Position numbers and translations under genes: made by a program. DNA of 64,000 nt from Candidatus Aminicenantes bacterium (GTDB lineage: Bacteria > Acidobacteriota > Aminicenantia > Aminicenantales > JAFGBC01). Below, piece by piece: positions 23,550 to 32,985 of the stretch. Below the pieces are notes generated by a model. It ran no database searches. It was not told where the DNA came from and saw only the letters and a program-made list of their open reading frames with translations. Position 1 is the stretch's first letter, and each line of letters starts with the position of its first letter. Where the stretch lies: NCBI GenBank assembly GCA_963702005.1, contig OY969696.1, positions 3,680,001-3,744,000 on the forward strand, written 5' to 3'.

Positions 23550-23665
23550 ATCTCCCCCGATGACGCTAATCTGTATCCCTGACTAGGCTCTTCGCCCGTT
23601 ATCGCGGGATTCGTTCCAGCCGCGCTCGGCGCAGCCGGCGATATAAACTTCAAGGAGGACTGAGC

Positions 23666-24409
23666 TTGAGACAAAGAATCCGGAACTTCATCGTTCTCAT
23701 TTCTCTGCTGGCCTTCCCTCTAACCCTGAATTATTTCTCTCCCTATCTGAGCATGAGCGGAGCCAGGGAGGGCATTGTCTCGGGAAGCCTGGCGTTATTC
23801 GGGCTTCTTCTGGTCTCATCGCTCATCCTGGGGCGGGCCTTCTGCGGATGGATCTGTCCGGGCGGCTGCCTCCAGGATTTTTGCCAGAGGATTAACAACA
23901 AGCGCCGGCCGCGCCATCATTGGATTAAGTTCCTCGTCTGGGGACCGTGGTTCGGGATGGTTGTTTTCCTGGCCGTCAAGGCCGGCGGATTCCACAAGGT
24001 CGCTCTCCTTTACATGATGGAGAAGGGAATCTCGGTCAGCGAACCGGCCAATTTTTACATGTACTATACGGTCCTTATCCTGTTCCTGGTTCTAGCCGTC
24101 GCCTTGGGCCGCCACGCCTTCTGTCACTACGCCTGCTGGATGGCGCCCTTCCTGATGATCGGCCGAAAAGCCCGCAACATCGTTCATTGGCCCGCCCTCC
24201 AGCTTCGAGCGCGGACTGAGAATTGCACGAACTGCCTGACCTGCACGCAGGTCTGCCCCATGAGCATCGACGTCAATGCCGAAGTTCAGGCCGGCGACAT
24301 GGAGCATTCCGACTGTATCCTTTGCGGCCAGTGCGCGGACAACTGTCCGAGCCGGGTCATCGGCTATTCGTTCGGGCTGAGCGGAAAAAAGAGCCGCCGT
24401 TCTCGATAA
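23666..24409 (+). CDS. Membrane 4Fe-4S binding protein (NapH/MauN/YccM-like)
   Basis: GRAFCGWICP, FCHYACW, two CxxCxxCxxxCP ferredoxin motifs, TM helices. Confidence 0.88.
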   Translation: MRQRIRNFIVLISLLAFPLTLNYFSPYLSMSGAREGIVSGSLALFGLLLVSSLILGRAFCGWICPGGCLQDFCQRINNKRRPRHHWIKFLVWGPWFGMVVFLAVKAGGFHKVALLYMMEKGISVSEPANFYMYYTVLILFLVLAVALGRHAFCHYACWMAPFLMIGRKARNIVHWPALQLRARTENCTNCLTCTQVCPMSIDVNAEVQAGDMEHSDCILCGQCADNCPSRVIGYSFGLSGKKSRRSR

Positions 24410-24476
24410 GTTGACATCGGCGTCCGGGTATGATAAATGGAATCAGAGACTTGCGATTAGAATGATGGAGGTCAAA

Positions 24477-24746
24477 ATGCCCGCTAAAGCCAAGAAAAAA
24501 GCCAAACCGAAGGTGAAATCCAAGGCCAAGGTTAAAGCCCGGCCCAAGGCGAAACCCCGGAAAGTCCGGACGGTTGTCAAGGTCGTCACCAAAGTGAAAG
24601 AGGCGCCCAAGAAGGCCTACCCGGCGCTCCAGTGCGGAGTATGCGGCTACCGGGTCATTGTGGACGAGGCCTGCGGCTGCGTCGAAGAGCATGTCCTGAT
24701 GTGCTGCAGCCAGCCGATGGCCAAAACCAAGGTCGTCCGCCCGTGA
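24477..24746 (+). CDS. Small protein: Lys/Ala/Pro-rich N-terminus + desulforedoxin-like Cys-rich C-terminus
   Basis: GGAGG RBS then MPAKAKKKAKPKVKSKAK...CGVCG...CGC...LMCCSQPM. Confidence 0.7.
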   Translation: MPAKAKKKAKPKVKSKAKVKARPKAKPRKVRTVVKVVTKVKEAPKKAYPALQCGVCGYRVIVDEACGCVEEHVLMCCSQPMAKTKVVRP

Positions 24747-25033
24747 TCATCGCTGAATTGGCGATCTTCCCGACGAGCGAGGGCGCCTCCGTCAGCCGCT
24801 ACGTCCGGAAAGTTTTGAAGGTCCTCGAAGGCTCGGGCTTGAAGACGACGACAAGCGCGATGTCGACGACGATCGAAGCCCCCAACCTGGCCGCGCTTTT
24901 TACAGTTGTCGCAAAGACGGACGAGGCTCTGGCCGGGATGGGCGCCAAGCGCATTCACATCGACCTCCGCGTCGATCACCGCCTCGATAAAGACGCGACG
25001 ATGGCCTCCAAGTTGGCCGCCGTCGGGAAGTAA
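24743..25033 (+). CDS. Thiamine-binding protein (MTH1187/YkoF-like)
   Basis: IIAELAIFP, SVSRYV, AMSTTIE, RIHIDLRVDHR; GTG overlaps upstream TGA. Confidence 0.85.
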   Translation: MIIAELAIFPTSEGASVSRYVRKVLKVLEGSGLKTTTSAMSTTIEAPNLAALFTVVAKTDEALAGMGAKRIHIDLRVDHRLDKDATMASKLAAVGK

Positions 25034-25130
25034 GCCGATAAGCCGGGGCAGCCGGCCGAGGCCAAACCTGCACTTGGTCACTTAGTGCAAATTTCTCCGG
25101 GTAGTGCTCATCCAATTTCCGGGTTACTTA

Positions 25131-26111
25131 TCAGAGCAGCGTTCGGGATTTTTCGAGAACGTCCCTGGCGGAATTTTTCCAGACCGCCTTGGCGATCTGG
25201 ATATCCTGGACGGCGACGCCGGTCAGGTCCGCGACCGTCGTCTCCCCGTCCGATGCGCGCTGAAACTTTTTCTCCCGGACGACTGCGCCCAGCTCGACGA
25301 CGTCCTCGGGCTTGATCGCTCCCGCCGCGAAAGCCTTGAAGCACTCCCCGCGCAGGCGCGCCTGGCTCAGGCTGTCGACGACGACGCGGTCGGCCATTCT
25401 CAATATCGCCGGGTCGAGCTCCTGCTTTTCGGCCGTGTCGGACCCCATGGCCGTGATGTGGGTCCCGGGCCTTATCTGCGCGGCCGTGAGCAGCGGCCCC
25501 CGCGACGGCGTGCAGGTCACGATGAGACTGCATTCGGCGGCGACCTCTCCGGCGTCGCGGGTCGTCCTCACCCGGAATCCGATCGCCTCCATGTCCTTTT
25601 TATAAGCGGCCAGCTCTTCATCGTTGACGCCCCAGGCCGTGACGTCGCGGCAATCGAGGACGCCCCGGAGGTACTCGAGCTGCATCCGACCTTGGATCCC
25701 GGCACCGAGGATTCCTATCCGCGTCACTTTGCGGGGGGCAAGGTACTTGGCTACGACGGCCCCCGCCGCCGCGGTTCGCACGTTCGTAAGATGGCCTTCG
25801 TCAAGAAGGACGGCCAAGAGCTCGCCCGTTTTTTGGCTGAAGAGCAGCATCAAACCGTTCGACGACGAAAGTCCCAACTTCGGGTTTTCGTAGAAGCCCG
25901 AGGCGACCTTGATGACGTAGACGTCGTCGCCCTTGACGTAGCCGTATTTGATGTGGACGTCTCCGGGCGGATCCTCGAAGATCATCTCGCCGACCGGAGG
26001 CACGACGACCCGACCCTGCGAATAGGCGACAAAGCCCTCCTCCATGGCGCCGACGACGTCCAGCCCGCGCAGGGCATCCTTGATTTGAGCGAGGCCGAGT
26101 ATAACGGGCAT
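25131..26111 (-). CDS. Ornithine cyclodeaminase / mu-crystallin family protein
   Basis: LTNVRTAAAGA, GAGIQG, AMGSD...KQELD, DLTGVAVQD; start MPVILG. Confidence 0.92.
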   Translation of the reverse strand: MPVILGLAQIKDALRGLDVVGAMEEGFVAYSQGRVVVPPVGEMIFEDPPGDVHIKYGYVKGDDVYVIKVASGFYENPKLGLSSSNGLMLLFSQKTGELLAVLLDEGHLTNVRTAAAGAVVAKYLAPRKVTRIGILGAGIQGRMQLEYLRGVLDCRDVTAWGVNDEELAAYKKDMEAIGFRVRTTRDAGEVAAECSLIVTCTPSRGPLLTAAQIRPGTHITAMGSDTAEKQELDPAILRMADRVVVDSLSQARLRGECFKAFAAGAIKPEDVVELGAVVREKKFQRASDGETTVADLTGVAVQDIQIAKAVWKNSARDVLEKSRTLL

Positions 26112-26146
26112 GATCCGAGTATACTTCAAGTCAGGGTCAGAGCTGA

Positions 26147-26239
26147 AATAATTCTGGGGACACACGACTTAATTACGGGCGTAGCCAATAATTAAGTCGT
26201 GTGTCCCCAGAATTATTAATCGCCCAGAATTATTAATCG
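26147..26239. repeat. REP-like family A inverted doublet plus 17 bp tandem duplication
   Basis: Perfect 29 bp inverted repeat 26147-26175 / 26189-26217; CCCAGAATTATTAATCG twice at 26206-26239. Confidence 0.9.
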
Positions 26240-26976
26240 ATCTTAGTGACGGGCAGTGGGACGGCGGGCCTGGTGCCCTCTATGAAAATAGCCATCCGGA
26301 CGTAAGCGCGGTCCCCCGGGTCGGAGGGGCTGTAGGGCGGCTCACCCTCGTAATCGCGCCAGCGGTCGAGGAACTCCGCGCGCGGGATAAAGCCCCGCGT
26401 CCCGAGGAGCGACGGGTCCTCGAAAACGAGGTTCTCGCCTTCGACGCCGATCAGGACGACGTAGTGCCCGTCCTCCCAGTCATCCGCCCAGTGGAAATGG
26501 GAGTTTTTTAGATCCGTGTTCGTCCAAGCCTGAATATCAACGATAGGAGGAACGCCGCGCCCGAGAGAATCTTCGAGATCGGCGACGGTCAGGCCCTCGC
26601 GGATCTCAGCCTTGAGGCCGAAATTGCGGGCGACCCTGACGATCGCGTCGGGATTCGTACCCCGCTCCGGATCCGTTCTGAGGGCGACCATGAGTTCGCC
26701 CTCGCGCAGGTCGACACCCCAGTAGTGGAGGACGGCCTGGAGCGCCGCGGCCCCGCAGGAATAATTCGTCGACTGCCGGACGTCGGGAATGGCCTCGATC
26801 AACCGCGAGGACGCGCCCCCCGGGTAGGAATACCCGCCCTTGGAATGGACTGAGATGCGAGGCTGCGGATTCGCGATCGTCTCGGCCCGCTTCTTGAGCC
26901 CCAGGTAGCCGGTGAGAAGCATCAGAAGCAGCGCCGCCATCAGGACGGCCGACATCATGACGATCTGTTTTCTCAT
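26233..26976 (-). CDS. C39 family peptidase, membrane-anchored/secreted
   Basis: QSTNYSCGAAAL (Q..C), GHYVVL (H), FEDPS (D); N-terminal hydrophobic helix. Confidence 0.88.
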   Translation of the reverse strand: MRKQIVMMSAVLMAALLLMLLTGYLGLKKRAETIANPQPRISVHSKGGYSYPGGASSRLIEAIPDVRQSTNYSCGAAALQAVLHYWGVDLREGELMVALRTDPERGTNPDAIVRVARNFGLKAEIREGLTVADLEDSLGRGVPPIVDIQAWTNTDLKNSHFHWADDWEDGHYVVLIGVEGENLVFEDPSLLGTRGFIPRAEFLDRWRDYEGEPPYSPSDPGDRAYVRMAIFIEGTRPAVPLPVTKID

Positions 26977-26995
26977 TGAAAAATGGTGTCCATCA

Positions 26996-28552
26996 TTATT
27001 CTTTTGGCTGGGAGGAGGGGCGTTCGCCAAAGATCCGTTCGTAGAGCTCGGGGTAGGCGTCCTTGCCGCCGAGCATCAGACACGTTATCGGCATGACCTC
27101 GCGCGCCAGGATCGACATTCTCCCCGCCACCGCCCTAATCTCCCACTGGGCCGCCGTATCCTCCCTCAGCCGCGAGATATGATACATCTCTCGGACATTG
27201 ACCTTGAGGAGAACCCGGCGCCGGTGCGCGTTCGTCAACACGTAATCGGCCGCCTCTCCGATCCCCGCCTCGCTCTTAAGCGCGTCGTAGGCTTCGTTCG
27301 TCCGCCCCACGATATCCATGAACTCCCCGTGCGCGCCGATCGCCTCGACCGAGGGCGGCACGGTGACCCCGAGCTCGGGATCATAGCGCTGCCTCGTCAA
27401 TGTCGCCATCCGGTGCCGCTTGAGCTGGGCGAAGCACGACGCCGAGACGACAAGCTCATAGGTCAGGTCGGCGTGCTCGAACTCGCGCAGCGGGTAATCA
27501 TAGAACTCCATCCGCTTGAAAGCGGTCTTGTAGACACGGAGCTTTTCGTCCTGGGACATCCGGGCCACCCGCCTCCGCCACTCCCGGAACGACAGCCCCG
27601 AAGTCGCGAACAGCATGGCGACCAGAACCCGGTCGTCGGCGTCGGAGGAGTGGGACGCCAGCCGGACGGTCTCCTCGTCCTCGTCCGGGTGCGGATCGCT
27701 CAGGCCGCGGGACGCGTGGCCGCGCGCCATCCGCTCCCGTTCGGAGCGCTCGAAGTCGGCGACCTCCTCGCGCTTCGCCTCCTCGGCGAGGTCCGCGTAG
27801 GCGCACTCGTCGAACGGGCTGGCCTCGGTGAAAAGGATGATGGACGGCGCCACTTCTTTGGCGAGCGCATAAAGACGCTCGTTGAGCTCCCGGAATTCGG
27901 CCTGGCGCTTGGCGGCGAACCGTCGCAGCAGGAGCTCCAGGTTCCGGGCGTTGATCGTCATCCCCAGCTGGCCGTGGGTGGCCAGGCTCACGATGTAGCG
28001 CGCGTCTTCCTTGGCCCAGCCCTCGAGGAGGGCCTTGCTTCCCGGCTCATCGGCCATTTCTTTATTATTATCAATGACATAGGGAAGAAGCCGCTTGTAG
28101 AGGGAATGGTAAAGCGCGTTTTGGGCCCGCACCGTCCCCAGAAAAAGATCCTCGCAGGCACGGCCGGCCCGCTTGACCTCCTCCGGGACGAGGAAGTCGT
28201 CGCCGAGGGTGATGTAGCGCTGGGACTTCTCGGTATAGGAGCAGAGGCGGAACCGCTCGAGCTCCTCGATCGCCAGGCGGCTGACGCCCATGACGTCGAA
28301 GTTGAAGACGGCGTGCTCGGCCACCGAGTGGTGGCCCATGGTGAAGATGATGTTCTTGTTCGTGCGGCGGGCCCCGCCGACTTCGATCCTGGCTTCGGCG
28401 CGGAGCTCGTCGACGGGCTTGGGGTTGCGGGAGATACGGGCGTAGGCGGCCGCGAGCGTTTCGGGGGTCACGTCGAGGCGGCCGGGCTCATGGCGCTTGA
28501 GGGCGTCGATGACCTCGCGGTCGACGTTGTACCCGGCCAGCACGACCCGCAT
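26996..28552 (-). CDS. thyX: FAD-dependent thymidylate synthase, tandem two-domain form
   Basis: GHHSVAEH, SYTEKSQRY, EDARY; second domain REFEH, QLKRHR, AQWEIR. Confidence 0.9.
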   Translation of the reverse strand: MRVVLAGYNVDREVIDALKRHEPGRLDVTPETLAAAYARISRNPKPVDELRAEARIEVGGARRTNKNIIFTMGHHSVAEHAVFNFDVMGVSRLAIEELERFRLCSYTEKSQRYITLGDDFLVPEEVKRAGRACEDLFLGTVRAQNALYHSLYKRLLPYVIDNNKEMADEPGSKALLEGWAKEDARYIVSLATHGQLGMTINARNLELLLRRFAAKRQAEFRELNERLYALAKEVAPSIILFTEASPFDECAYADLAEEAKREEVADFERSERERMARGHASRGLSDPHPDEDEETVRLASHSSDADDRVLVAMLFATSGLSFREWRRRVARMSQDEKLRVYKTAFKRMEFYDYPLREFEHADLTYELVVSASCFAQLKRHRMATLTRQRYDPELGVTVPPSVEAIGAHGEFMDIVGRTNEAYDALKSEAGIGEAADYVLTNAHRRRVLLKVNVREMYHISRLREDTAAQWEIRAVAGRMSILAREVMPITCLMLGGKDAYPELYERIFGERPSSQPKE

Positions 28553-28573
28553 GCCGAGATTATATCAAAACCC

Positions 28574-28646
28574 CGGGGTCAAACCTACACTTTAGTACTT
28601 TGTACAAGAAGATTGCACTTTTTGCCAAAGTGTAGGTTTGACCCCG
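28574..28646. repeat. REP-like family B inverted doublet
   Basis: Perfect 20 bp inverted repeat CGGGGTCAAACCTACACTTT at 28574-28593 / 28627-28646. Confidence 0.9.
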
Positions 28647-28649
28647 TTT

Positions 28650-30113
28650 TTATCCGATGCGTTTGGCGCACTTCTGCGCCGCGCCCAGCGCCCCGGGCAC
28701 GCCGCCGATCTGGGTCGCCCAGCACGATCCAATCAGCAGCCGTTTCACCGGAGTGTCGACCGTCGTCCCCATCGCGCTCTTGTAGAATTTATTGGCCGGG
28801 TTCCAGCTCCAGGCCGAGGTGGCGCCGTCGCTGTTGCCGGTGTAGCGCTCGTAAGTCAGCGGCGTCGCCGCATCCACATATTCGATTTTTGCTTCGAGCT
28901 CCGGGATGACTTTAGCGGCCTTGGCGATGAGATCCCGCCGCATCCGCTCTTTGAGACGGCCGTATTTCTCGCGGTCGCCCCCGCCCCAGTTGTCCTGCCA
29001 GTGAAAGGGCGCCACGGCTTGGATCATCAGGCTCGACTTGCCGGCCGGCGCCAGCTTGGGATCGTGCAGGGAGGGCGAATAGAGACCGATCGAGCATTTG
29101 GCGAAGTAGTCGGGGTCCGCGGCGTTTTTGACGTCCGCGCCCGGCTGCTCGTCGAAAAAGCTCAGGTGCGGCGCCTTCATCTTTTCCCGCAACTTGTCGC
29201 CGGCCATATTCAAGCCAAGATAGACCGTGGCTATGCCCTCGGAGACCGCGGTTTTCCTGACCCTCTCCAGCCAGGGCGCCGGAACCAGGCTCGGGTTGTC
29301 AAGCAGGTTAAGGAAAGTTTTCTTGAAGTCGCAGGCCGAGATCACCCAGTCGGCGGCCTGCTCCTTTCCGTCGGCTTCGACTCCGGCCGCGGCGCCGTCG
29401 CGGGTGATGATTTTAGTGACCGGCGTCTTCAGCCGCAGCTCGCCGCCCAGGGATCGAAACTTTTCGGCCAGAGCGTCGGCCCAGCTCTGCATCCCGCCCT
29501 TGACGGTCCAGTAGTCGTGCAAAAACGTGGAAAAAGCGGCGCCCAGGATCCAGACGCTCATCTCCGGGTAGCCGACCCCGTCCAGGAGGCGGCAGATTCG
29601 GCTCTCGCGGTCGAAGAAACGCGCGTTGAAATCGCTGATGGAGACGCCGCGGTACTTCATGTATAGAATGAGCACGCTCAGGACGCCGGGCAGCATCGCA
29701 AAACCCTTGCCGCGGATGAGCTTGAGCATGGCCTTGACCATCGGGTCAACGGCCGCGAAGTAGCGCGCCAGCCTTTCCCGATCGCCGGGGAAAGCGGCCA
29801 GCAAACCCTGTTTGTACTGCTCGAAGTCGCGCGGAACGAAATCGTATTCCGCCGCCAGCACGTGGATGGGCTGGGGCACGAATTCGATCCGGTCGTAAAC
29901 GCCCAGTTTTTTCATGGCCCCGAAAACCTGGCGGGAGGATTCGAACGAGAGGGTGCCGCTCTCGAAGTAAAAGCCTTTGCGCCGGAAACCCGAGATGTAG
30001 CCGCCCGGCACGGTGTTCGACTCGAAGATGGTGACGGCGTGGCCTTTTTCGGCCAACAGGCAGCCGGCGGTCAATCCGCCCAGGCCGGAACCGATGATCG
30101 CGATCTTGCTCAT
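28650..30113 (-). CDS. Phytoene desaturase-like NAD(P)/FAD oxidoreductase
   Basis: IIGSGLGGL, PGGY...RKGFYFESG, ATPLTYERYTGN, GGVPG. Confidence 0.88.
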   Translation of the reverse strand: MSKIAIIGSGLGGLTAGCLLAEKGHAVTIFESNTVPGGYISGFRRKGFYFESGTLSFESSRQVFGAMKKLGVYDRIEFVPQPIHVLAAEYDFVPRDFEQYKQGLLAAFPGDRERLARYFAAVDPMVKAMLKLIRGKGFAMLPGVLSVLILYMKYRGVSISDFNARFFDRESRICRLLDGVGYPEMSVWILGAAFSTFLHDYWTVKGGMQSWADALAEKFRSLGGELRLKTPVTKIITRDGAAAGVEADGKEQAADWVISACDFKKTFLNLLDNPSLVPAPWLERVRKTAVSEGIATVYLGLNMAGDKLREKMKAPHLSFFDEQPGADVKNAADPDYFAKCSIGLYSPSLHDPKLAPAGKSSLMIQAVAPFHWQDNWGGGDREKYGRLKERMRRDLIAKAAKVIPELEAKIEYVDAATPLTYERYTGNSDGATSAWSWNPANKFYKSAMGTTVDTPVKRLLIGSCWATQIGGVPGALGAAQKCAKRIG

Positions 30114-30121
30114 TTCCGCCC

Positions 30122-31366
30122 TCAAATTTTCTTAAGCTTTTTGAGGAAGGACGGGTCGACGTCGCAGCCCAGCCCCGGCTTATCGGGAAGGACGAGCTCG
30201 TCGCGCTCGAGCTTGACGCCGTCGACGATCGGGTCCATGACATGCTCGGAGTTCCCGTCCAGGTCCGCGAAACAAACGTTGGCGTTCGCGACGACGACAT
30301 GCGCCGCGGCCGTCAGCCCCAGCCGGCTCTCGAGCATGCAGCCGACCATGCACTTGATGTTGGCGGCGTCGGCGATATGGGCGATCTTGACGCTGTTGAA
30401 GATCCCGCCTGCCTTCATGAGCTTGATGTTGAAGTAATCGCAGGCCTCCTCGCGGATGAGCTTGACGGCGTCGGGCGGCCCGAACAGGGCCTCGTCGGCC
30501 ATGATCGGGATCGGGCTGTGGTTCCGCACCTCGCGCAAGCCGGCGACATCCGACGCCGCGACCGGTTGCTCGCAGAACTCGATTCGATATTCCGCCAGCC
30601 GCTCCAGCGATTCCCTGGCCTGGGGCACGGTCCAGCCCTGGTTGGCGTCGATCCGGAGCGCGACTTTGTCTCCAACCGCCGCCCTTATGCCCTTGATCCG
30701 CGCCGCGTCCAAGGCCACCTCCTGCCCGACCTTGACCTTGATCGTTCGGTAGCCGCGCTCCGCGTATGTCTTCGCCTCCGCGGCCATGTTTTCGGGCGTC
30801 TCAAGCGAAACCGTTATGTCGGTCTCGAAGCGCGTCCGGTCGCCGCCGCCCAGGAGCCGGTAAACCGGGAGCCCAGCCACCTTGCCCAGGATGTCGTAGA
30901 GGGCCATGTCGAAGGCCGCGACGATCGAGGGGTTGGCGTGGACGATCGGCCCCGCCCCGCACACGAAGGCCTCTATCGCGAGCGGGTCCTTGCCGACGAA
31001 CATGTCGCGAAGGCTCCGCGCGGCCGCGATATTCGTCTCCTGCGTCTCGCCCGTAATGGGCGGGAAGGGGCAGGCCTCCCCGATGCCGACAATCCCGGCG
31101 TCTGTCCGCACCCGGACCAGGACGTCGGTGGCGCTGTCCATCTTCCCGATCGAGATCACGAAGGGAGAAACGAGCTTGATGTCGAAGGGGTAGATCTCGA
31201 CGTCCGTGATTTTCATGGTTCTAACCGCCTCCCGCGTTTCCTCGAGAGCCGAAGCTGCCGAGCCCGGCGTAGTTGAGGCGCCCGCCGCCATTCGTTTGGG
31301 CGACAAGGCCGTCACCGCCGCCCCCAACCCCAGGTATTTTAGGAAGTTTTTTCTGGTCAACGACAT
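30122..31366 (-). CDS. Dipeptide epimerase (enolase superfamily, L-Ala-D/L-Glu epimerase-like) with Tat-like signal
   Basis: IKVKVG, IDANQG, EQP, ADE, NIKLMK, DLDG; N-terminal LTRKNFLK + hydrophobic stretch. Confidence 0.9.
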   Translation of the reverse strand: MSLTRKNFLKYLGLGAAVTALSPKRMAAGASTTPGSAASALEETREAVRTMKITDVEIYPFDIKLVSPFVISIGKMDSATDVLVRVRTDAGIVGIGEACPFPPITGETQETNIAAARSLRDMFVGKDPLAIEAFVCGAGPIVHANPSIVAAFDMALYDILGKVAGLPVYRLLGGGDRTRFETDITVSLETPENMAAEAKTYAERGYRTIKVKVGQEVALDAARIKGIRAAVGDKVALRIDANQGWTVPQARESLERLAEYRIEFCEQPVAASDVAGLREVRNHSPIPIMADEALFGPPDAVKLIREEACDYFNIKLMKAGGIFNSVKIAHIADAANIKCMVGCMLESRLGLTAAAHVVVANANVCFADLDGNSEHVMDPIVDGVKLERDELVLPDKPGLGCDVDPSFLKKLKKI

Positions 31367-31430
31367 GTTCTTCTCCTTATTTCTGTCTCCATTTAATTCC
31401 GTCATCATATAATTTCTATTATGCGGTTTT

Positions 31431-31462
31431 CAATAATTAAGTCGTGTGTCCCCAGAATTATT
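31431..31462. repeat. REP-like family A, single copy
   Basis: CAATAATTAAGTCGTGTGTCCCCAGAATTATT identical to 26186-26217. Confidence 0.88.
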
Positions 31463-32750
31463 TCAGCTTGGCGAGCTCGCTCAGGAGCTTTTCGATATGA
31501 CCGGGCGTATGCTCGCTGAAAATTGAGGCCCGCAGAACCCCGCCCGCCGGCGCGCCCACGTACTTCAAATACGCGACCGCGACGCCCCTCTCCATAAGCG
31601 CCCTCTGGGCTTTCTTCATATCCTCGGCCGACCCCATCATCCAGGTCACGATCGGGACGCAGGTGTCGTTCATCTCGAACCCGAGCTTTTTCATCCCGCC
31701 CTTCACGGCCGCAACATTCTTCCACAGCCGCTCCCTCATCTCGGGATGGGCCTTGACGATCTCGAGCCCTTTGATCGAGGCCGCAACCGCCGGAGTCGGA
31801 GACGGCGTCGCTCCCGAATAGATCCCAAGCGCCCTGATCTTGGCGCAGAGCGGCTTCGACCCCACCATAAAACCGCCGTGTCCGCCGAAGGCCTTGCTCA
31901 TCGTCCCTGCCATGATCAGCCGCTCCCCCGCCGCCAGCCCGAAATGCTCGTAAGTCCCGCGCCCATTCTTCCCCAGCACCCCGACCGCGTGCGAGTCGTC
32001 GAGGGCGATAATCCCCCCGTACGGCTCCATGACCTTGATATACTCCGGCACGGGCGCGATGACCCCGAAGGTGGGGAAGATCCCGTCCGTCATCAGGAGC
32101 AGCCGCTGCCCGGCCTCGAGCTCGCTCTTCAGTTTCCGCCGCAAATCCTCGGGGTCGCGATGCCGGAACGTCACGAACGGCTTGCGGGCGGCGGCGATCC
32201 CGTCCTTGACGCTGAAATGGGCCGTCTCGTCTATGAACGCAACGTCATACCTGTCCGCCAGCGACTGGGCCATGATCAAGCCGTCGAAGTACCCGCTCAC
32301 GAAGTGGACCGCGTCCTCGGTCCCGAAATAATCGGCGAGCTTCCGCTCGCACTCTAGCAGGACCGGGTTGTTCCCGAACCCCGCCCGCGTCGTCGCGCTG
32401 TGCGTCCCGTAAATCCGGAAGGCCTCGATCCCGGCGTTGATGACGTCGGGGTTGTCGTGAAGGGCAAAGTAGCCCGTCCCGCCGAAATAGACATAGCTCT
32501 TGCCGTTGATCACGGTCTCGGGGCCGGGCCCGCTCTCCATGACGAACATGTCGCCGTACGGCGGCGGCGCCTGCCCTTCCGCGGGCCGCCCTATCGCCAG
32601 CCCCAGCCCTTCGATATCCTCGATATAGCCGGGAGAAAGCGGGACATCCGGAGAAACGGGGACCGGCGCCGCGTTTCCGCCTTTTCTAAGGAACTTCAAC
32701 CCGAACGCTCCCGCCGCCGCCTTTTTCAGGAACTCCCTGCGATTCGCCAT
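31458..32750 (-). CDS. Class II PLP enzyme (8-amino-7-oxononanoate synthase / alpha-oxoamine synthase family) with twin-arginine motif
   Basis: DETAHFS, TDGIF, DDSHAVGVLG, GTMSKAFG; N-terminal NRREFLK. Confidence 0.85.
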   Translation of the reverse strand: MANRREFLKKAAAGAFGLKFLRKGGNAAPVPVSPDVPLSPGYIEDIEGLGLAIGRPAEGQAPPPYGDMFVMESGPGPETVINGKSYVYFGGTGYFALHDNPDVINAGIEAFRIYGTHSATTRAGFGNNPVLLECERKLADYFGTEDAVHFVSGYFDGLIMAQSLADRYDVAFIDETAHFSVKDGIAAARKPFVTFRHRDPEDLRRKLKSELEAGQRLLLMTDGIFPTFGVIAPVPEYIKVMEPYGGIIALDDSHAVGVLGKNGRGTYEHFGLAAGERLIMAGTMSKAFGGHGGFMVGSKPLCAKIRALGIYSGATPSPTPAVAASIKGLEIVKAHPEMRERLWKNVAAVKGGMKKLGFEMNDTCVPIVTWMMGSAEDMKKAQRALMERGVAVAYLKYVGAPAGGVLRASIFSEHTPGHIEKLLSELAKLK

Positions 32751-32904
32751 GAGGTCCTCCTCCCTGAAAGTCGGGGACATCCGCCAATTGCTGCTATTTT
32801 AAAACGGGTCCCCGGATGTTCTTTCATTAAGCTCCATTATTTGACTTCTCCCCTCGACCGTCAAGATAGAAGTTTTGGGACAATTTCGCGTCCTTCGAAC
32901 CCCA

Positions 32905-32927
32905 TACTCAGGGAAGCCCTGAGTACT
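32905..32927. repeat. Family C/D-related hairpin
   Basis: TACTCAGGG-aag-CCCTGAGTA(CT). Confidence 0.55.
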
Positions 32928-32985
32928 AGAAGCCTCGTCGGCTGAGCCTGTCCGAGGAAGACTGGAGTTTCAGGCTGGCTTAACA

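Noticed and set aside
26912-28909. 665 aa plus-strand ORF (and similar long ORFs 10166..11641, 22139..23524, 38140..39432, 3858..4982)
   Set aside because: Antisense shadows of well-supported genes, expected from high-GC codon bias; no motifs
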